Positions 34,750 to 39,374 of a stretch of 39,374 bases of DNA are shown here, one piece after another; position 1 is the first letter of the stretch; the number at the start of each line of letters is the position of its first letter. Under the pieces are notes generated by a model. It was not told where the DNA came from. It did not search any database and saw only the letters and a program-made list of their open reading frames with translations. Origin of the DNA: a virus (lineage: Duplodnaviria > Caudoviricetes); the IMG/VR virus record IMGVR_UViG_3300009181_000158, positions 1 through 39,374 of that record. One strand, given 5' to 3'. The translations under genes were made by a program, and so were the position numbers.

Positions 34750-34774
34750 TTTGAGGTATTCTCCAGTGCTGCGT

Positions 34775-34784
34775 GATATTTATC
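34775..34784 (-). promoter_or_regulatory. candidate late-promoter element GATAAATA
   Basis: Resembles T4 late TATAAATA; upstream of a structural gene; similar words near 28282, 16705, 14050 and 32506. Confidence 0.5.
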
Positions 34785-34811
34785 GCAACGTCTGGTATGT
34801 GCTTTCAATGA

Positions 34812-35495
34812 TCAAAACACAAATCGTTCATAGTAGTCAGCTACCTTCTTGCTCCAAAGCAAGGTGCTTTCTTCAAACTCGTCGCCTTCCCACACAAACT
34901 TCTGAAATTCACATTCTCTGCTGCACATAAGCACCACTGTGGTATTGATGTCAGTGCCGTGTATGTTATTGTGTGCCATGGCATATGCTGCTAGCTGCAA
35001 ACGATAGTCTTCTACCCATTCGCGTTTCTTGGGTTTAATAGTGGTCTTGAAGTCAATGATAGCCGGCTTGCCCTGCCATGTTCCCACTAGATCAGTAGTA
35101 CCTGCCCATAGATTGTCGTAATAGAGGTGCGATTCAACACCCCATACTTCCTCAACATCCTTGAGCCCTTCGGCTATGACCGTATCAGCCATGCGCTGTG
35201 CCATCAATCGACCGTAGTTGTTGCCGCCGGGTCGTGGCTCGCCTAATACATAGGCTTCAAGGTGAGCGTGCATGGTAGTACCGAGTCCTGCTGATTCTTC
35301 GGTAATCTGCTTGGCTTTGTCTTCGCCGATGCGTTTCTTCCACGCAATTAGGTGTGCCATGTCTTTGGTCTTGCTGAGAATAGTAGTCACGCTTGGTATC
35401 TTGTTACCAACATCGTCTACATACACACGGCCCTGCCCGCCGCCATCTTGTCTGTCTAATTTCTTGTAGGTGTATATGGGATTGTACTGAACCAT
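34812..35495 (-). CDS. PD-(D/E)XK exonuclease (MGME1-like phage exonuclease)
   Basis: PSVTTIL, GT.MH..LE, AGTTDLV, IIDFKT, QLAAY. Confidence 0.88.
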   Translation of the reverse strand: MVQYNPIYTYKKLDRQDGGGQGRVYVDDVGNKIPSVTTILSKTKDMAHLIAWKKRIGEDKAKQITEESAGLGTTMHAHLEAYVLGEPRPGGNNYGRLMAQRMADTVIAEGLKDVEEVWGVESHLYYDNLWAGTTDLVGTWQGKPAIIDFKTTIKPKKREWVEDYRLQLAAYAMAHNNIHGTDINTTVVLMCSRECEFQKFVWEGDEFEESTLLWSKKVADYYERFVF

Positions 35496-35496
35496 G

Positions 35497-36033
35497 TTAG
35501 ATAGATCTCACTTCTATGACTTCTGGAATGTAATGCTGTATCAGTCTCTCTACACCATGTCGCAATGTAGCAGTGCTGCTTGGGCATCCGCTGCAACTGC
35601 CCTGTAGCTCTAGATATACTATACCATCCTTGTAGTCTCGAAACACGATGTCGCCGCCGTCGTTTGCAACGGCTGGGCGTACTCTGGAGTCTAACAGTTC
35701 TCGGATCTGATCAACCACATCGCTGGTATCGCGATCAGTTTCAAAATTGGTATTTCCTAGATCAATTGGCTGTTTGATGTTGTCTGCGATGATACCCAGC
35801 ACAACATTTGTTATGTCTGACCAATCTTCAGAATTTTTTGTTATGGTTACAAAGTCTGGTCCAATATACACACCGACCACATGTGGCACACCAAATAGAT
35901 CTTCTATCAAGTGTATGCCGTTGGATTGATCAATTGATCTCACATCTAACGTACCACCTGTAGTAACAGGGACATCTGGCATGAACTTTAGTGCGTTTGG
36001 ATTAGGAGTTGCTTCTGTATAAATCATTGTCAT
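35497..36033 (-). CDS. NifU/NfuA-type Fe-S carrier (Nfu_N plus NifU_C)
   Basis: TEATPNPNALKF, DFVTITK, VRPAVANDGGDI, GSCSGCPSSTATL. Confidence 0.92.
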   Translation of the reverse strand: MTMIYTEATPNPNALKFMPDVPVTTGGTLDVRSIDQSNGIHLIEDLFGVPHVVGVYIGPDFVTITKNSEDWSDITNVVLGIIADNIKQPIDLGNTNFETDRDTSDVVDQIRELLDSRVRPAVANDGGDIVFRDYKDGIVYLELQGSCSGCPSSTATLRHGVERLIQHYIPEVIEVRSI

Positions 36034-36054
36034 CTCCTATTATACGCTGTTTTT

Positions 36055-36306
36055 TTAGCTGTGTCTAGCTAGTTCAGGATGATGCTGTGCAGTCATGAGA
36101 TCTGCTAGCATCTCAGCCCTACTGGCAGATTCTTTTTGCATGCCCATCTTCTTGATGTTTTTGAGACCCAGCTTAATATCTGGTTTCTCTGGCAGAGCAT
36201 CTATCTCGTCGTCTGTCATATCATAACATGCTGCTACTAATGCTTGCTCTCGAGGTTTCTTGCTTTTTAAGAGAAATGCTTCGGGCCCGTGCATAGTACT
36301 GCGCAT
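36055..36306 (-). CDS. hypothetical protein
   Basis: ORF track. Confidence 0.65.
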   Translation of the reverse strand: MRSTMHGPEAFLLKSKKPREQALVAACYDMTDDEIDALPEKPDIKLGLKNIKKMGMQKESASRAEMLADLMTAQHHPELARHS

Positions 36307-36310
36307 AGCA

Positions 36311-38815
36311 TCACCACTTTACATTCCATTGGAAAGTTTGATTGGTAGTTGGATTGGTTTGCCGCTGTATGGTATAACCCAGATTGGTAAAATAGTTGAT
36401 GATGGTATCCATCTGATCCGCATAGGGGCGAGTCTGATTGGTATCCAGTGCGTTGCCGCCTTGCCATACTTGGAAATAATCATAGCTTGCTGGATACGGA
36501 ACGACCTGCATAGTACCCATGCCATAGCCAATTGTTGCAGTGGCTGTGGCCAGGTTGCTACCAAGATTCTGTGGTGCACTAACTGTTACGGTCGGCACAC
36601 TAGTGTATCCAGAACCTTGATCAACTATTGATATGGTTGAAACACTGAATCCGCGTACCACAGACGTGCTGGGCTGCAGCGGTTGCACAGTCTCACCAGC
36701 ACCCGCTATGACATTGACTTGTGGATTGCTGCTGTAATTCTGCCCCCCATTGGTAACCACTATCTGTTGCACACCTGTGCTATACAGCGCAACATTAGCA
36801 GTGGCTGCACCGCTAACATCCACCGCAGGTATGCTGGTATAATTAGATCCCAACAGTTGCAGTTGCACAGTGGCCACGCTGGTCGGAGTCAACACTGCAG
36901 TAGCTGTTGCATCTTGCCCGTCGCCTGTGATCGTCACATCTGGTGCTGCAACATATCCGTACCCACTAAAGTCTACAGTGATAGAAACTATCGCGCCACC
37001 TACTATGGTTGGAGTAGCTTGCGCACCATACCCATATTGGCTGCTGAGTCCCACTGTTGCAGTAGTATAACCGCTACCAGTATTACCTACGTTGACAAAC
37101 TGCACACCCGTGACAGTTAGGTTTGCCACTGCTGTAGCCCCACTACCACTAGTGATAGTAACTGCAGGTGCAGCTGTATACCCATTACCGGGTGCTGTAA
37201 CAACTATCTCACCGACAGTGTCACCATCTAGCAAGCAATATGCAGCTGCGCCGTAACCAATATCACCTACAGGTGTTATGATCAACGTAGGAGGTTGGGT
37301 ATAACCAGTGCCGCCTGCTGACAGTGCAATACTATTCACGCCCGCAGTAAAGTTAAAGCTGGCTGCTTGTCCGCTGCCGCCATATACTGCGTTGCCCGCC
37401 ATGACTGGCAATATGCTATAAAGTCCGCTAGTAGTCAGTGTAAAATTAACAATAGAGCCTGCTGCATCAACCACATTAACCACGATCGTAGCACTAGCTT
37501 CGCCTTCTCCGCCTGCTACTATGAGCGTGTCACCCACCACATACTGACTGCCTGCACCGCCAGTGGCCAGTGCTGCGCTGGTCATTTGCATGTACACAGT
37601 ATCAACTACGGCACCAGACCCCAGTGCTGTGATGCTGACAGTGGGTGCTGCGGTGTAAGTTTGACCACCGTTGTTCAACAATGAAATGCTGCCAATGCTG
37701 GTAGGCTGCAGATATGGTATGGCTGCAGCACCAGTTCCGCTAGTGATAATCACAGTCGGCTGGCTTACATAGCCTGCACCAGGCGCAGAGATAATTATAG
37801 TAGATACTACACCTGCCGTCAATGCAGTATATGCCAATGCGCCGGCGCCACCGCCGCCTGTTATGTTAATTAACGGCGGGGCTGTATACTGTGCACCACC
37901 AGAACCTATTGATAAGCTGAGGATGCCCATGGAAAGATCTAGTGTGCATCCGCTACCGCCACCTGGTGATACTGTAGTAGCCACACTGGTAAGAGTCGGG
38001 AGCACACTATATGATCCACCCGCAGTCAATGCAACTGTCTGTACAGATCCGTTTCCAGATATCGAAGTAACTGTTGCACGAGTAGCAGTCCCTGTGCCAC
38101 CAACTACGCTGAGGATGTCACCAACCGCATAATTTATACCAGGCAGGTTTACAAACACAGTCACTGCTGTGAATGTTGCAGCAGTTGTTGATGCGCCGCT
38201 GCCCTGTGCAACTACTTGCACGCTAGGTGGATAATGATATCCGTTGCCATTTGATCCAACCACAATGTAACTAACGCTGCCGTATGGTGCTAGATAAGCT
38301 TGTGCGGTGGCATTCACTGTAGCGTTGCCACCAGATATAGTAACAGTTGGTGTTGCAGTATACCCTGTACCAGTGTCAGTAACTGTTATGCTGTTAACGC
38401 CGCTGCTGAGAGAGATGTTAACTGGTCTAGCTGCTAATGCCAATTGCTTGCTAGTAGCTAACCGTATGTTATCTTTATCAACATATATCACATAATAAAG
38501 CACATTGATCTGCAACGGGCTTGGTAATTCGCCAGTGCTGTTAACAAAAACTGCTTCGCCTGTGTTGTATGGATGATTAGGCACATTAAACGTGCTGGTT
38601 GCGTCGTTTATATCATACACGGGTTCGTTGATGCCGTAATTCTGCGTCATGATAGTGCCTTTGTCTATCAACGCATTATAAAATCCAGTACGAACAGCTT
38701 CTAAGATAGCACTGCTTATCTCAGTTCCTTCGTCGAAAACCACACGCTCGCGTATGCTATTTTGCCTTGCATCCTGTGCTGTGATGAAGATACCGCTTGA
38801 TGTAGTGCTAGCCAT
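36311..38815 (-). CDS. large Gly/Thr/Val-rich repeat protein, probable virion structural protein
   Basis: About 16 imperfect G.GYT..P.V.I repeats. Confidence 0.8.
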   Translation of the reverse strand: MASTTSSGIFITAQDARQNSIRERVVFDEGTEISSAILEAVRTGFYNALIDKGTIMTQNYGINEPVYDINDATSTFNVPNHPYNTGEAVFVNSTGELPSPLQINVLYYVIYVDKDNIRLATSKQLALAARPVNISLSSGVNSITVTDTGTGYTATPTVTISGGNATVNATAQAYLAPYGSVSYIVVGSNGNGYHYPPSVQVVAQGSGASTTAATFTAVTVFVNLPGINYAVGDILSVVGGTGTATRATVTSISGNGSVQTVALTAGGSYSVLPTLTSVATTVSPGGGSGCTLDLSMGILSLSIGSGGAQYTAPPLINITGGGGAGALAYTALTAGVVSTIIISAPGAGYVSQPTVIITSGTGAAAIPYLQPTSIGSISLLNNGGQTYTAAPTVSITALGSGAVVDTVYMQMTSAALATGGAGSQYVVGDTLIVAGGEGEASATIVVNVVDAAGSIVNFTLTTSGLYSILPVMAGNAVYGGSGQAASFNFTAGVNSIALSAGGTGYTQPPTLIITPVGDIGYGAAAYCLLDGDTVGEIVVTAPGNGYTAAPAVTITSGSGATAVANLTVTGVQFVNVGNTGSGYTTATVGLSSQYGYGAQATPTIVGGAIVSITVDFSGYGYVAAPDVTITGDGQDATATAVLTPTSVATVQLQLLGSNYTSIPAVDVSGAATANVALYSTGVQQIVVTNGGQNYSSNPQVNVIAGAGETVQPLQPSTSVVRGFSVSTISIVDQGSGYTSVPTVTVSAPQNLGSNLATATATIGYGMGTMQVVPYPASYDYFQVWQGGNALDTNQTRPYADQMDTIINYFTNLGYTIQRQTNPTTNQTFQWNVKW

Positions 38816-39149
38816 TGCTCATACTCTTCTTTGCTGCTTTGGCCGCCATCTTGCTGACCCGATCTTCACTTTGTTTTTCTTCAGCATCTGATGCTGTAGT
38901 ATCAGGCACGCTGTCCTGCTGCAATTCTACACTATCTTTAGTAATGCGCTTGACACCGCTCTTATCTTGCAGCATGTCCATGACCCAGCGTACATTCGCA
39001 TCAAATCCCTGGTTGTGTAGCACACTTAGTACTTCATCCATTGGTATGCTAGCCGCATCTTTGCTGCGATAAACGCTGATGAGGTCTAGCATAGCATTCT
39101 CTGCTTCTTCTGGGCTGCTAGGCAGTGTCGATATTTCGCTATATCTCAT
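38808..39149 (-). CDS. hypothetical protein, possibly head-associated
   Basis: Starts MRYSEI; ends RVSKMAAKAAKK. Confidence 0.7.
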   Translation of the reverse strand: MRYSEISTLPSSPEEAENAMLDLISVYRSKDAASIPMDEVLSVLHNQGFDANVRWVMDMLQDKSGVKRITKDSVELQQDSVPDTTASDAEEKQSEDRVSKMAAKAAKKSMSNG

Positions 39150-39163
39150 CAGTATTCACCGAT

Positions 39164-39373
39164 TCACTTGGCTGCTACGCGGTCAAAATGCTCTGGATTG
39201 ATCAGCTTAGGCTTTACGCTGCTATTAAGCTGTGCCCAATAGTCTCTAGCCTTTTCTGCTTCAAAGAACCTAGTCATGCGTGCACCGTGCTGTCCCTCGT
39301 ACATTACACCCCACGGTTTGGTAGCACGAGCTTCAGCAAAACGCACCGACCTACGTTCTTCCTTGATGACTGC
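39164..39373 (-). CDS. 3' part of a gene entering from the right edge
   Basis: Frame stays open beyond the GTG at 39346 (AVIKEERRSVRFAEARATK...). Confidence 0.7.
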   Translation of the reverse strand, partial: AVIKEERRSVRFAEARATKPWGVMYEGQHGARMTRFFEAEKARDYWAQLNSSVKPKLINPEHFDRVAAK

Positions 39374-39374
39374 A

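Noticed and set aside
34812-35495. Cas4 / CRISPR system
   Set aside because: Lacks the four-Cys Fe-S motif; no repeat-spacer array or other cas genes were seen in the window.
75-39072. Many plus-strand ORFs in the track (e.g. 2133..2768, 3966..4511, 6335..7039, 29256..29756)
   Set aside because: They are antisense shadows of well-supported minus-strand genes and have no recognisable motifs.
1-39374. Stop-codon reassignment, as in some large phages
   Set aside because: Conserved genes are full length under the standard code, and TAA, TGA and TAG all end genes.

Overview
This is a gene-dense segment of a large tailed dsDNA phage, probably a T4-like or jumbo myovirus. Almost every gene is on the minus strand and many are coupled by ATGA/TAATG/TGATG overlaps. 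Recognisable genes: a two-subunit phage type II topoisomerase, class Ia ribonucleotide reductase (nrdA, nrdB) with glutaredoxin, nucleases, two Nudix hydrolases, two AAA ATPases, a PNK-type 3'-phosphatase, two TIGR02594/NlpC-P60-like peptidases and virion structural proteins at the right end. Host-type auxiliary genes include tilS, sufE, NifU/NfuA, YccA/BI-1, an outer-membrane beta-barrel protein, an MBD4-like glycosylase and several glycan-tailoring enzymes. The main non-coding feature, absent from the ORF track, is a circularly permuted two-piece tmRNA encoding the tag ANDNFAPSYEAIAA. The gene just after it encodes a protein ending in a near copy of that degron (EIEMAIAA). The tmRNA form, tag, OMP signature and promoter style point to an alphaproteobacterial host (inference). 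All calls come from reading motifs by eye; no database searches were run.
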